From NCBI GenBank assembly GCA_965217865.1, contig CBDCJO010000002.1, forward strand, positions 1,184,001 to 1,248,000: DNA of 64,000 nucleotides, in the 5' to 3' direction. Positions 1 through 9,325 of the stretch are shown here, in pieces (within the stretch, counting starts at the first letter, position 1; each line of letters opens with the position of its first letter). The translations under genes were made by a program, and so were the position numbers. Below the pieces are notes generated by a model. It was not told the DNA's origin. It ran no database searches and saw nothing but the letters and a program-made list of their open reading frames with translations. The DNA comes from Candidatus Latescibacterota bacterium (GTDB taxonomy: Bacteria > Latescibacterota > UBA2968 > SICM01).

Positions 1-3000
1 CGCCTGGTTCGCAGAAAACAGCGTCGCGGCCAACCTCTTGATGGCCTTGATCATTGTAGGTGGCTTCTTGACGATTTCGGGGCTCAAGATCGAGGTTTTT
101 CCGGAATTCTCGTCCGAATTGATCACGGTATCCGTGGTCTATCCCGGTGCGGCACCGGAGGAAGTCGAGGAGGCGGTATGCGTTCGCATCGAGGAGAAGA
201 TCCAGGGGCTTGAAGGGATCAAGCGCATCACATCAAATGCCCAGGAAAATCTGGGATCCGTCACCGTTGAGCTCCTCCCAGGGGTGGATGTCAGAAAAAC
301 CCTGGACGATATCAAATCCCGCGTGGACGCCATCGATACCTTTCCGGATGAGACGGAGACCCCCGTCGCCAGAGAGGTCGTCAATCGCAGACAGGTCATC
401 AACGTGGCCGTCTCCGGGGACGCGGATGAGGCGACCCTCAAGGTCCTCGGCGAACGGGTGCGGGACGAGATCGCAGCTCTTCCGGGGATCACCCAGGTGG
501 AGTTGGCAAACGCACGTCCGTATGAGATCTCCGTCGAGGTCTCGGAAGAGGCCTTGAGGCGATACGGGCTCACATTCGACGAGGTGGCCCGGGCTGTTCG
601 CCTCTCCTCCCTGGACCTTCCCGGCGGGGCCATCAGGTCCGAGGGCGGCGAGATTCTCCTGCGCACAAAGGGGCAGGCATACCGTGGGGCCGACTTTGAG
701 GCCCTGGTCCTGCGCTCCCTCCCGGACGGGGCAAACTTAAGGCTGGGCCAGGTGGCGACCGTCGTCGACGGGTTCGCCGAGACCGATCAGGCGGCGCGGT
801 TCGACGGCAAACCGTCGGTCCTAGTCCAGGTCTTTCGGGTGGGGGATCAGGACGCTCTCGAGATCGCTGAGAAGGTCAAGGCTTATGTTGCCGAGGAAGG
901 GGTTCGGCTGCCCGAAGGGATTTCTCTCACCGTCTGGGGGGATTTTTCAAGAATCCTCAGAAGCCGCCTCGACCTGATGGTTCGGAACGGTCGGGCGGGA
1001 TTCATCCTGGTCTTTATCGCCCTGACCCTGTTTTTGCGGTTGCGTCTGGCCTTCTGGGTGGCCCTGGGCATCCCGATCTCTTTCCTCGGCGCCATTTGGT
1101 TGATGCCCGGTATGGGCGCCTCGATCAACCTGATTTCACTCTTCGCGTTCATCGTGGTCCTGGGGATCGTCGTGGACGACGCCATCATCGTGGGGGAAAA
1201 CATCTACCGGCACTTCCAACAGGGGAAGAGGGGCCTGCGCGCAGCCGTCGAAGGGGCCCAGGAGGTGGCCGTGCCCGTAATCTTTGCCGTCCTGACCTCG
1301 ATCGCTGCCTTCAGCCCGCTGCTCATGGCCCCCGGAAACACAGGCAAGATCATGAAGTTGATCCCTCAAATCGTAATCGCAACCCTGATCTTCTCCCTGG
1401 TGGAATCGATGCTGATCCTTCCGGCCCATCTTGCGCACTCCAGGATGAACGGACCGACGGCTTCTTCCCGGGGCATCTGGGCCTTATGGAGCCGAATTCA
1501 GGATCGATTCTCAAAAGGACTGCGAGGTATTACCGATCAGGCCTATCGCCCCTTCCTCGAGCTCGCCCTCCGCTGGCGCTACCTCACGATCGCGATCGGA
1601 GTCTCTACGCTTCTCATCACCGGAGGGCTGGTCTTCGGGGGAAGGATCAAATTTCTCTTCTTCCCGAATGTCGATGCAGACAACGTTGTGGCCCTCTTGA
1701 CCATGCCCAGGGGAACACCCGCTGAGCAAACCGCAGGGGCAGTGAGCCGACTCGAGGCCACCACCAAACAGCTCCAGGACGAACTTGAAGCAGAGAAGGG
1801 CAAAAGGTTATTTCGTCACGTCCTCGCATCCGTCGGCGAACAGCCTTTTCTGGCCGCCCAGAGACAAAACGCCGGGAAGAACGCCTCCTTTACGGGGGCT
1901 CACCTGGGGGAGGTCAATATCGAACTGGTCCCCTCCGAAATCAGAGGTCTGACCAGCCCTGAAATCGCCAGACGTTGGCGTGAATTGACCGGCCCTATTC
2001 CAGAAGCCCAGGACCTGAGCTTCACAGCTTCGCTCTTTTCCGTCGGCGATGCGATAAACGTCCAGCTCTATGGTCCAGGCTACACGGAACTCCGTCAGGT
2101 GGCGGACAAGCTGAAGTCACGGTTGGAGGAATATCCAGGGGTCATCGATATCGCCGATACCTTTCGCCCGGGCAAACAGGAAATCAAACTGACCCTCAAG
2201 CGCTCCGCGGAGAACTTTGGACTGACCCTTTCCGATCTCGCGCGTCAGGTCCGGCAGGCCTTTTATGGTGAAGAAGCACAGCGCATCCAGAGAGGCCGGG
2301 ACGACATCAAGGTGATGGTCAGGTATCCCGCCAGAGAGCGTCGTTCCATTGGAAATCTTGAGGAAATGCGCGTTCGAACGCCGGATGGAGGGGAGGTTCC
2401 CTTTTCGGTCGCGGCCGAGGCCGACATGGGACGCGGCTTCGCCTCCATACAGCGTGCCGACAGGCAGCGTGTGGTGAACGTCACCGCGGATGTCGACAAA
2501 AGCAAGGCCAACGCCAACGAGATTCTATCGGATCTCACCGCAAACGTCTTGCCGGATCTGCTGGGCGATCATCCCCGGGTCCGTTACACCCTCGAAGGGG
2601 AGCAGCGTGAGCAGAGCGATACCATGGGTGGCCTCCTGAAGGGGTTCCTGATTGCCTTGATCGTCATCTATATTCTTCTGGCCATTCCATTCAAGTCCTA
2701 CCTGCAGCCCATCATCGTCATGACCGCCATCCCGTTTGGCCTGGTCGGCGCCGTCTGGGGGCACCTGATCATGGGGTTGGATCTCACCATCCTCTCCCTG
2801 TTCGGGCTGGTCGCCTTGAGCGGGGTGGTGGTCAACGACAGCCTGGTGATGGTCGACTTTATCAACCGGGCCCGCGCAGGGGGCGGAAAGTCTTTATCGG
2901 AAGCCATAAGGGAAGCAGGCGCAGCCCGTTTTCGCCCCATCCTGCTGACATCCCTGACCACCTTCCTGGGCCTAAGTCCCCTCCTCCTGGAAAAGAGCCT

Positions 3001-3184
3001 TCAAGCCCAGTTCCTCATCCCCATGGCCGTTTCCCTCGGGTTTGGGGTCCTCTTCTCCACCTTTATAACCCTGATCCTGGTACCCGTCAGTTATTCGATC
3101 CTGGAAGACCTCAAACGTATCGCAGCCTCGGGCCTGGACCGGATCAACGGGGAAACCGCCGGAGATATGAAACACGTGGCTTAG
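1..3184 (+). CDS. RND family efflux transporter permease (AcrB/AcrD/AcrF), 5'-truncated by window edge
   Basis: Frame open from nt 2 (AWFAENSVAANLLM); GIVVDDAIIVGENI and RFRPILLTSLTT motifs; about 1050 aa with two TM bundles. Confidence 0.93.
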   Translation, partial: AWFAENSVAANLLMALIIVGGFLTISGLKIEVFPEFSSELITVSVVYPGAAPEEVEEAVCVRIEEKIQGLEGIKRITSNAQENLGSVTVELLPGVDVRKTLDDIKSRVDAIDTFPDETETPVAREVVNRRQVINVAVSGDADEATLKVLGERVRDEIAALPGITQVELANARPYEISVEVSEEALRRYGLTFDEVARAVRLSSLDLPGGAIRSEGGEILLRTKGQAYRGADFEALVLRSLPDGANLRLGQVATVVDGFAETDQAARFDGKPSVLVQVFRVGDQDALEIAEKVKAYVAEEGVRLPEGISLTVWGDFSRILRSRLDLMVRNGRAGFILVFIALTLFLRLRLAFWVALGIPISFLGAIWLMPGMGASINLISLFAFIVVLGIVVDDAIIVGENIYRHFQQGKRGLRAAVEGAQEVAVPVIFAVLTSIAAFSPLLMAPGNTGKIMKLIPQIVIATLIFSLVESMLILPAHLAHSRMNGPTASSRGIWALWSRIQDRFSKGLRGITDQAYRPFLELALRWRYLTIAIGVSTLLITGGLVFGGRIKFLFFPNVDADNVVALLTMPRGTPAEQTAGAVSRLEATTKQLQDELEAEKGKRLFRHVLASVGEQPFLAAQRQNAGKNASFTGAHLGEVNIELVPSEIRGLTSPEIARRWRELTGPIPEAQDLSFTASLFSVGDAINVQLYGPGYTELRQVADKLKSRLEEYPGVIDIADTFRPGKQEIKLTLKRSAENFGLTLSDLARQVRQAFYGEEAQRIQRGRDDIKVMVRYPARERRSIGNLEEMRVRTPDGGEVPFSVAAEADMGRGFASIQRADRQRVVNVTADVDKSKANANEILSDLTANVLPDLLGDHPRVRYTLEGEQREQSDTMGGLLKGFLIALIVIYILLAIPFKSYLQPIIVMTAIPFGLVGAVWGHLIMGLDLTILSLFGLVALSGVVVNDSLVMVDFINRARAGGGKSLSEAIREAGAARFRPILLTSLTTFLGLSPLLLEKSLQAQFLIPMAVSLGFGVLFSTFITLILVPVSYSILEDLKRIAASGLDRINGETAGDMKHVA

Positions 3185-3332
3185 GTTGCCGGGAAGATGT
3201 GAAGAAAGGTGGGAAAATCGAGGGATATGGGAGCGAACGAAAGAACGGCGGCGTTGGGGTCCGATGAAAGGGTAAGGACGGTTAGCTAGAAGGAGAATCA
3301 AATGCTAGAAGTTTGGTTAAAATAAAACAATA

Positions 3333-3413
3333 CCCCTTCCCCGTTAGGGAAGGGGGTTTGGGGGGGGTTAGGTCTGACACTTGACCCCGAATTTTATATG
3401 TCCGTCACTGGTT
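3333..3413. repeat. Palindromic REP/MITE-like element, related copy at 13293-13387
   Basis: Hairpin ccccttccccgttagggaagggg followed by cgaattttata(t)gtccgtcactggtt, which recurs at 13363-13387. Confidence 0.5.
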
Positions 3414-3460
3414 CCGAATCACGATCCCCGGCTTCCCTGCCACCTGCTACTGCCTTTTCC

Positions 3461-3510
3461 CGTCTCACGTTTCACGTCTCACGTTTGACGGCCTTTCAAT
3501 CTTCAATTTC
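3461..3510. repeat. Degenerate heptamer tandem array
   Basis: tctcacg/tttcacg/tttgacg and ttcaatc units with 7-nt period. Confidence 0.6.
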
Positions 3511-3511
3511 C

Positions 3512-4453
3512 CTACCGCCCCCTTTGGTTTTGAAGGTACTTTAAAAAGTCCCCCTTGGTGGATAAAATCAGCCAGTCCTTATCCAGCAACGTCGTCTCGT
3601 AAGTCTCCATAGTCTTCAGGAAACGGTAAAAATCACGCGACTCTGGGCTCTTATTGTAGGCCCTCGCGTAGATGGCCACGGCCTCACCGTCCGCCTTCCC
3701 CATGATCTCCTGCGCGATCTTATAGGCTCCGGACTGAATCTTTTTCAGGTCGCGCTCTTTATCGCCCATGATCTTGCTTGCCTCACCCTGTCCTTCAGAC
3801 CGGAATTTCTCCGCGATCCGTTGTCGCTCCGAAATCATCCGTTCGAAGATCTTCTTCTGAACTTCCTCAACATACTTGATTCGTTTGAATCGAAGGTCCA
3901 GCAGTTCGATGCCGAGCTCCGCGGTACGCGGGGCAGCCGTTGCCAGAATGCCGCGCGTGATCTTTTCACGCCCGATTTCGATTTCCGGAAAGGTCTCCGC
4001 CTCCTCCCCCTCGGTCAGATCTTGGCTGGCCTGTGGTGTACGGTTGGTGGAACGGATCAATTCGACAAGATCTTGCTTTGCGATCGCATTCCGGGTCTCT
4101 CCGTCCAGGACATCGTCCAACCGGGACTGGGCCGTGCGCTCGTCCCGAACCCTCTGAAAAAACAGCAGGGGGTCCGCGATCCGCCAGCGCGCATAGGTAT
4201 CCACCCAGATAAATCTCTTGTCTCGGGTCGGGACCTGGTTGGGATCCCCATCCCATTCCAAAAACCGCTTTTCAAAAAAATGGGCGACCTGGATGATTGG
4301 AAGTTTAAAATGAAGCCCCGGCGCGGTAATCGGAACCCCAACCGGTTTTCCGAATTGTGTAATCACGACCTGTTTGGTCTCTTGTACCACATACGCTGAT
4401 GATATGACGACAATCAATACGATCAGCCCGAGAACCCCCAAGACGACTTTCAT
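3512..4453 (-). CDS. hflC: Protease modulator HflC
   Basis: SPFH domain, ITQFGKPV...PGLHFKLP, RMISERQRIA; overlaps hflK stop. Confidence 0.93.
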   Translation of the reverse strand: MKVVLGVLGLIVLIVVISSAYVVQETKQVVITQFGKPVGVPITAPGLHFKLPIIQVAHFFEKRFLEWDGDPNQVPTRDKRFIWVDTYARWRIADPLLFFQRVRDERTAQSRLDDVLDGETRNAIAKQDLVELIRSTNRTPQASQDLTEGEEAETFPEIEIGREKITRGILATAAPRTAELGIELLDLRFKRIKYVEEVQKKIFERMISERQRIAEKFRSEGQGEASKIMGDKERDLKKIQSGAYKIAQEIMGKADGEAVAIYARAYNKSPESRDFYRFLKTMETYETTLLDKDWLILSTKGDFLKYLQNQRGR

Positions 4454-5433
4454 CTTCTTTCCTCCTTTTGGAACTGGAACAGAGGGAGAATCCCGGAGGC
4501 CTTTTCGTCCGTAATCAATTTTCGACCGACGTTTTGCATGACTTTATTCATCGTCTCCAGGTAAATTCGCTGCCGGGTGACCTCTTTGGCCCGCATATAC
4601 TCCTTGAATACGGAGTTGAATTTGGACGCTTCCCCTCGGGCTTTGTTGACCCGCTCCAGTGCATACCCCCGGGACGCTTCGATTGTCCGGGCGGCCTCGC
4701 CCCGGGCCTTGGGAATCACCTGATTGTATGCCGAGCGCGCCTGGTTGATCAATTTCTCGCGCTCCTGTTGCGCTTCGTTCACCTCATTGAACGCGGGCTT
4801 CACCGCATCGGGAGGATTCACGTCCTGAAGGACCACCTGGTCCACCTTGATCCCCGTGTCGTACTGGTCGCACAGGGTCTGCAGATTCACGGAAACGGCG
4901 TGTTCGATCTCCTGCCGACCGATCGTCAACACCTCATTCACGGTGCGGTCTCCGACCACTTCACGCATAACCGCCTCGTTGATGTCGCGGAAAGTCTTGC
5001 GTGCGCTCCTGACCCGGAACAAATATTTATACGGGTCTTTGATGCGATACTGCACAATCCATTCCACCTGCGCCGCATTCAGGTCTCCCGTCAACATCAA
5101 TGATTCTTCCTGATAACTCCGGTGGGAAGAATATTGGGTTTGAATCTGCGCAAGTCGGGTCCGAAATCCAAATTCCTCCTTTAATTGCCGCTCAACCGGA
5201 ACTTTGGTAACGGTTTCGACGCCGAAGGGGATTTTGATATGTAAACCGGGCTCCTCCAGACGGACATACTCTCCGAAACGCAGAACCACGCCCACCTCTT
5301 CAGGGTCCACAGTGAACCAGGAAGAAAACAAAAGGATCAGGATCAGGATTCCCAGCACAATCCAAACAAACGTCCGAGCTTGAATGTTCGGCGGCTTGAA
5401 ATCTCTTAAATCGAAAGGCATATTATCGGCCAT
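4450..5433 (-). CDS. hflK: FtsH protease modulator HflK
   Basis: GVVLRFGEY, MLTGDLN, LQDVNPP, RQRIYLETM; ATG at 5433 with AAGGAG RBS. Confidence 0.93.
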   Translation of the reverse strand: MADNMPFDLRDFKPPNIQARTFVWIVLGILILILLFSSWFTVDPEEVGVVLRFGEYVRLEEPGLHIKIPFGVETVTKVPVERQLKEEFGFRTRLAQIQTQYSSHRSYQEESLMLTGDLNAAQVEWIVQYRIKDPYKYLFRVRSARKTFRDINEAVMREVVGDRTVNEVLTIGRQEIEHAVSVNLQTLCDQYDTGIKVDQVVLQDVNPPDAVKPAFNEVNEAQQEREKLINQARSAYNQVIPKARGEAARTIEASRGYALERVNKARGEASKFNSVFKEYMRAKEVTRQRIYLETMNKVMQNVGRKLITDEKASGILPLFQFQKEERR

Positions 5434-5586
5434 AAAAAGCACTCTCCTTTTCCCGTTGATTGAACCGATCTGGTGAATCAATGACGAAAAGTCAGTAAAA
5501 AATCGTCGAGATCACCCGGAACTTCAGAGCAATATACGCCTCCAACAGGTTGAAAACAAGCAAATTCCTTGGCCGAATGTTCGGCC

Positions 5587-5615
5587 TTGACTTTGGGCCC
5601 CTTTGGGGGTAGTTT
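5587..5615 (+). promoter_or_regulatory. Sigma70-like promoter for zapA
   Basis: TTGACT-17 nt-TAGTTT. Confidence 0.5.
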
Positions 5616-5709
5616 TTGAAGGCACGAGGGGGAAACCCAGCGTCTTTCAACGCCCTCGGTTTGAACGGTCCCCCTGGGGGAGACTTCAGTCTTTGGCTCA
5701 GAGGCCGAT

Positions 5710-6135
5710 ATGATTGAAAAGGATGGAGATAAAACGAATGGACCCGAAGAGGGTCAGAACACCACTGTCGTCAAGATATTGGGAGTAGAATATCGGATCC
5801 ATAGCTCCGAGGACCCGTCATACACGGCGCGTTTGGCGGAGTACGTCGACCGGAAAATGCGGGAGGTCGGAAAAAAGAGCCCGATTCTGGACCACTCGAA
5901 GCTGGCGGTGCTGGCTGCAATGGACTTCGCAGATGAATTGCTGTCCAAGCGCCGGAGACGGTATTCGATGATCGGCCGGACGAACACCGTGACGGAAAAA
6001 CTCGCACGCGAGGTCACAGGAGAACCAAGAGACGACCGGAGTATCTCACCAACGACTGCCGAAAATCGAAGTAAACCACCCCGCCCAAAGGGCGGGGCAT
6101 TAACCACTCCCATCCCCAAACAGATCCAACTGTAG
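5710..6135 (+). CDS. zapA: Cell division protein ZapA; C-terminus runs into the IS200 end
   Basis: VKILGVEYRI...LAEYVDRKMREV...LAVLAAMDFADEL. Confidence 0.85.
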   Translation: MIEKDGDKTNGPEEGQNTTVVKILGVEYRIHSSEDPSYTARLAEYVDRKMREVGKKSPILDHSKLAVLAAMDFADELLSKRRRRYSMIGRTNTVTEKLAREVTGEPRDDRSISPTTAENRSKPPRPKGGALTTPIPKQIQL

Positions 6136-6660
6136 GGGCCCTTTCTGCTCTTGACGATGATACCGAATATATTGCTCAATCACTTCAGAAGTCACCTTGT
6201 CGCCTACGGTGCGGGCAAAATAACCATCTTCCCAGAATTCTCCACCCCATAACTCCCGTTTCACCTCTGGATGTTCTCGGAAGACCCCGCTGCCCGAAAT
6301 ACTCTTCAAAATGCCCACTACCTTAGAAATCGAATACCGGGGAGGAAACGACAAGAAAATATGCACATGATCTTCGGCCACTTCCATCTCTTGGATGTCA
6401 AAACCAAAATCCTCTGCTATCCGATGAAACAGCTTGCCCACATACTCTCGAAGGTCACCTCGCAGAATCCATTTCCGATACTTCGGTGCCCATACCAGAG
6501 GATACTGGCTATCATAGACTGCGTGACTGGTCCGTCGGAGTCCCATCGTATGCCTCCTGAGTCGATTTGTGTCTCAGTGGTCTGCACACGATAAGACAGC
6601 CTTTTAGCTTGCCTTCGGCAAGCTAAACTTTTCCTCCCCTTCCAAAGGAAGGGGTATCCA
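6073..6660 (-). mobile_element. IS200/IS605-family element (tnpA only); ends approximate
   Basis: Subterminal hairpins ccccgccc-aaa-gggcgggg (6079-6097), tttagcttgcc-ttc-ggcaagctaaa (6603-6627) and ccccttcc-aaa-ggaagggg (6636-6654) around tnpA. Confidence 0.8.
6100..6546 (-). CDS. tnpA: IS200 family Y1 transposase
   Basis: LVWAPKYRK, HUH motif DHVH, FWEDGYF, catalytic Tyr in IEQYI. Confidence 0.93.
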   Translation of the reverse strand: MGLRRTSHAVYDSQYPLVWAPKYRKWILRGDLREYVGKLFHRIAEDFGFDIQEMEVAEDHVHIFLSFPPRYSISKVVGILKSISGSGVFREHPEVKRELWGGEFWEDGYFARTVGDKVTSEVIEQYIRYHRQEQKGPLQLDLFGDGSG

Positions 6661-6704
6661 AGTCCAAATACTTTCATGAATCCCCCCAAAAAACACCCGT
6701 TCTT

Positions 6705-7229
6705 TTGACGCGGAAGGATATTGAAGAGATGGCGGCGGAGGCCGACGCGAGGATTTCTCGGTTGGCCAAGAGTCTGTGCAGTGTGCTCCTGATGGCCGTC
6801 GCCGCATTGGGGGTCGTGTTCATCGCAGCCGTCTGGCTCGGACTTGTCGTGATCGCATCGGTCCTCATCGCCGTCTGCCTCGTGACGGTCACCCTATACC
6901 TTTTTGTCCGTCTGTGGCCCGCCCCACCACCAGGCACCCGTCCCGAACCCGCTGCCCTCCCGATCGGCGAACCCGAAACCGTCCCGGTCCTGGATGTTCC
7001 GGGAGCGTCGAAATCTCGAATCCTCTGGACCTTGCGTGAAATGGGCAAGCGCCAGGATGGATTCAAGATCAGCGGCCGTTCCGCGGAGCGTTTCGCGCGG
7101 ACCATCCGGTTTATCCTGAAGGCCGAGAACCGTCGGTGGTTGGCCTCCCAAAGCAGTCAAACAGTCCAGATGATGAACACAAACCAGGGGGGAACCACGG
7201 CCCCCCGTCAACTTGAAAATCCTTCCTGA
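6705..7229 (+). CDS. Hypothetical membrane protein
   Basis: Two hydrophobic segments followed by Pro-rich linker. Confidence 0.5.
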   Translation: MTRKDIEEMAAEADARISRLAKSLCSVLLMAVAALGVVFIAAVWLGLVVIASVLIAVCLVTVTLYLFVRLWPAPPPGTRPEPAALPIGEPETVPVLDVPGASKSRILWTLREMGKRQDGFKISGRSAERFARTIRFILKAENRRWLASQSSQTVQMMNTNQGGTTAPRQLENPS

Positions 7230-7322
7230 GTTCCACCTGCGATCGCTTTTCCAACCCTTCTTAACAATCTTCCCCGTTCCTCAATACGATCTTTCCCTAT
7301 CCACCTCTTCCGATAGAATTTG

Positions 7323-7772
7323 CTAAGTTAGCTGATTGAGCCGTGTATTGAGCTCCCAAAGTGCATTCTTGTTGCTGTCCCAATTCAGCATCGCTACAGC
7401 CTCCTGATACGCAACCCACCTGAACTCAGTATGTTCCTTCGATAAATTCAGTGCGCTGTGATCCACTTCTACACCAAACGTGTGTTCAGGGATTACGAAA
7501 ACATCGTTCCCCCAGGTAAACTCTCCTGTTACCCCTTCAACAGGAATGGTACTCCTTGAATCGAGGATGATGTACCTGGAATCAGGCGAGACTCCCGCTT
7601 CCTCCAATGATTCACGTCTCGCAGCTTCAATCGGAGTTTCTTTATCCTCACCTCCACCCGCAATGAACTGCCAGTATTCACCATCGCTTCTTTTGAAAAC
7701 AGCATACTCTATCTTGTTGCCCCTACTGCATCGAAAGGGAAGAACCAGTACTTGAAAAGGAGCTCTACTCAT
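7323..7772 (-). CDS. NUDIX hydrolase (NudB/dATP pyrophosphohydrolase-like)
   Basis: Nudix box GGGEDKETPIEAARRESLEEAG; LSKEHTEFRW; likely start MSRAPFQ at 7772. Confidence 0.88.
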   Translation of the reverse strand: MSRAPFQVLVLPFRCSRGNKIEYAVFKRSDGEYWQFIAGGGEDKETPIEAARRESLEEAGVSPDSRYIILDSRSTIPVEGVTGEFTWGNDVFVIPEHTFGVEVDHSALNLSKEHTEFRWVAYQEAVAMLNWDSNKNALWELNTRLNQLT

Positions 7773-7829
7773 ATCAGAAATCCGATGCGGTGGACAGCCT
7801 CTATGGACAACAATTGCATAAGCACTTCT

Positions 7830-8107
7830 TGTCTTGGGTTGCTTTCGAACGTACAAGCTGGGCTTTCCAATCTTCAGGGAGAGGCATGTTGCCAACGGAA
7901 TACCACCCAACTCAAGACCGGCTAACCTATCGAAATCTTTAGGTAGAAGCTTCTCCAATTCGTCAACAATTGCCCTCAAAAGCACAGAGTCACTTTCGAA
8001 TCTATACTTGTCCCAATAACCTCGCTGGTTTTGCCTGACCGTAATTTAAACTCTCCGGTTAGATACGAAGCGGCCTTTATGCCTCTGGCGAGCTGAGCTC
8101 GTTTCAA
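7830..8107 (-). pseudogene. pyrE: Orotate phosphoribosyltransferase remnant (frameshifted, truncated)
   Basis: GEFKLRSGKTS, frameshift, then YWDKY...AGLELGGIPLA...YVRKQPK; the PRPP-binding motif is missing. Confidence 0.75.
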
Positions 8108-8200
8108 TGAAGGTTTCCTGCTCAAGATTGCGTGTAGTTCAGGGGTTGCAGAAGTGGCCTTGCCTCGGGAAAGGAATCAGTGCTTTTAAAATAAGTCAAC

Positions 8201-8839
8201 TTATCGCTGACGGCCATTTGGGTCGGAGCGACCGCCAAATTCATCTTCATAATCTTTTATGGCAGATGCAACTACTTTTTCAGCATGAATCCGGCCATAT
8301 GCATCTCCAATAGAAACTTGGCTTGGTTTTTCTGGATCGAGTTTGTAGGTGAGAAAATAATGATGCATTCTGGACATAAGTGCATCTGGTAGCTCGGAAA
8401 TGTCATCAACTTCAGACCAAAAAGGATCGTTTTCAAGTATGCCAATGATTTTATCATCTGCTTCTCCCGAATCTAACATGGGAAGGCCTCCTACAATTCG
8501 GGCGTTGAGAATAATTTCCGCTCGTGCGATGGGCCTTTCACTTATTACACAAATATCCAGTGGATCTCCATCTCCGCATTTTGCACCTTCCATAAGGTTA
8601 CCTACCGTCTCGCCGCAATATGTGAGAGGAATGAATCCATACAGTGTTGGATGCTGGGAAGATGTTCTATGAGGCCTATCTACCTTTAAATACCCTGTCA
8701 CTTTATCAACTTCATATTTTACCAGGTCAAATGGACAGATTTCTATAAATGCATGGACAACATGGGGCGGGTTGGGACCGATTTCCAGACCGTGCCAAGG
8801 ATGTGGACGCCATCGATAAAAGGGAGGTGGGAAAGTCAT
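8201..8839 (-). CDS. ppa: Soluble family I inorganic pyrophosphatase
   Basis: [30 protein letters not shown]. Confidence 0.95.
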   Translation of the reverse strand: MTFPPPFYRWRPHPWHGLEIGPNPPHVVHAFIEICPFDLVKYEVDKVTGYLKVDRPHRTSSQHPTLYGFIPLTYCGETVGNLMEGAKCGDGDPLDICVISERPIARAEIILNARIVGGLPMLDSGEADDKIIGILENDPFWSEVDDISELPDALMSRMHHYFLTYKLDPEKPSQVSIGDAYGRIHAEKVVASAIKDYEDEFGGRSDPNGRQR

Positions 8840-9325
8840 TTTTACTCCTTTATGTATTATTGTTGGTACAAAGTTGGAGATGGTAGGGGCTGCCCTTGCT
8901 CCCTTATGTTTTCCCCATCACACAAAAAACAACATGCGCGCTTAACGTTTCTCCGGTTGTTAGGCGCTGTGCACCTTCCAAGTTAGACCAGGAAATCTCT
9001 GCGTCTCTAACGATAATGTCTGATCTTCGGATCGCTGAACTTCGCGGTCGTCCTATGTCACATGTTTGAAACCAACTCCGCCCCTATCGAGGGTGTCAGT
9101 GGCGAGCATATCCTGTCCACCCGTCTCTACCTGAAATGTCTCGTATTCCTTCACAGCTCGCTGTGCTTTAGCACGCATCTATTGACCAAATTATCCAGAG
9201 GACTCTGAATCTTTCCGATATCTCGGGTTGTTACCCTGGTATAGAATTCGGTAGTCCTAATCAGCGCCTTCTCTACCCATCTCCAAACCACCGAGCTCCC
9301 ATCCAATTCTTCGGTAAAAATTTCA

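Noticed and set aside
7323-7985. 220-aa PRTase-Nudix fusion as a real new enzyme
   Set aside because: The PRTase part lacks its N-terminus (frameshift) and PRPP-binding loop; best read as a chance in-frame junction
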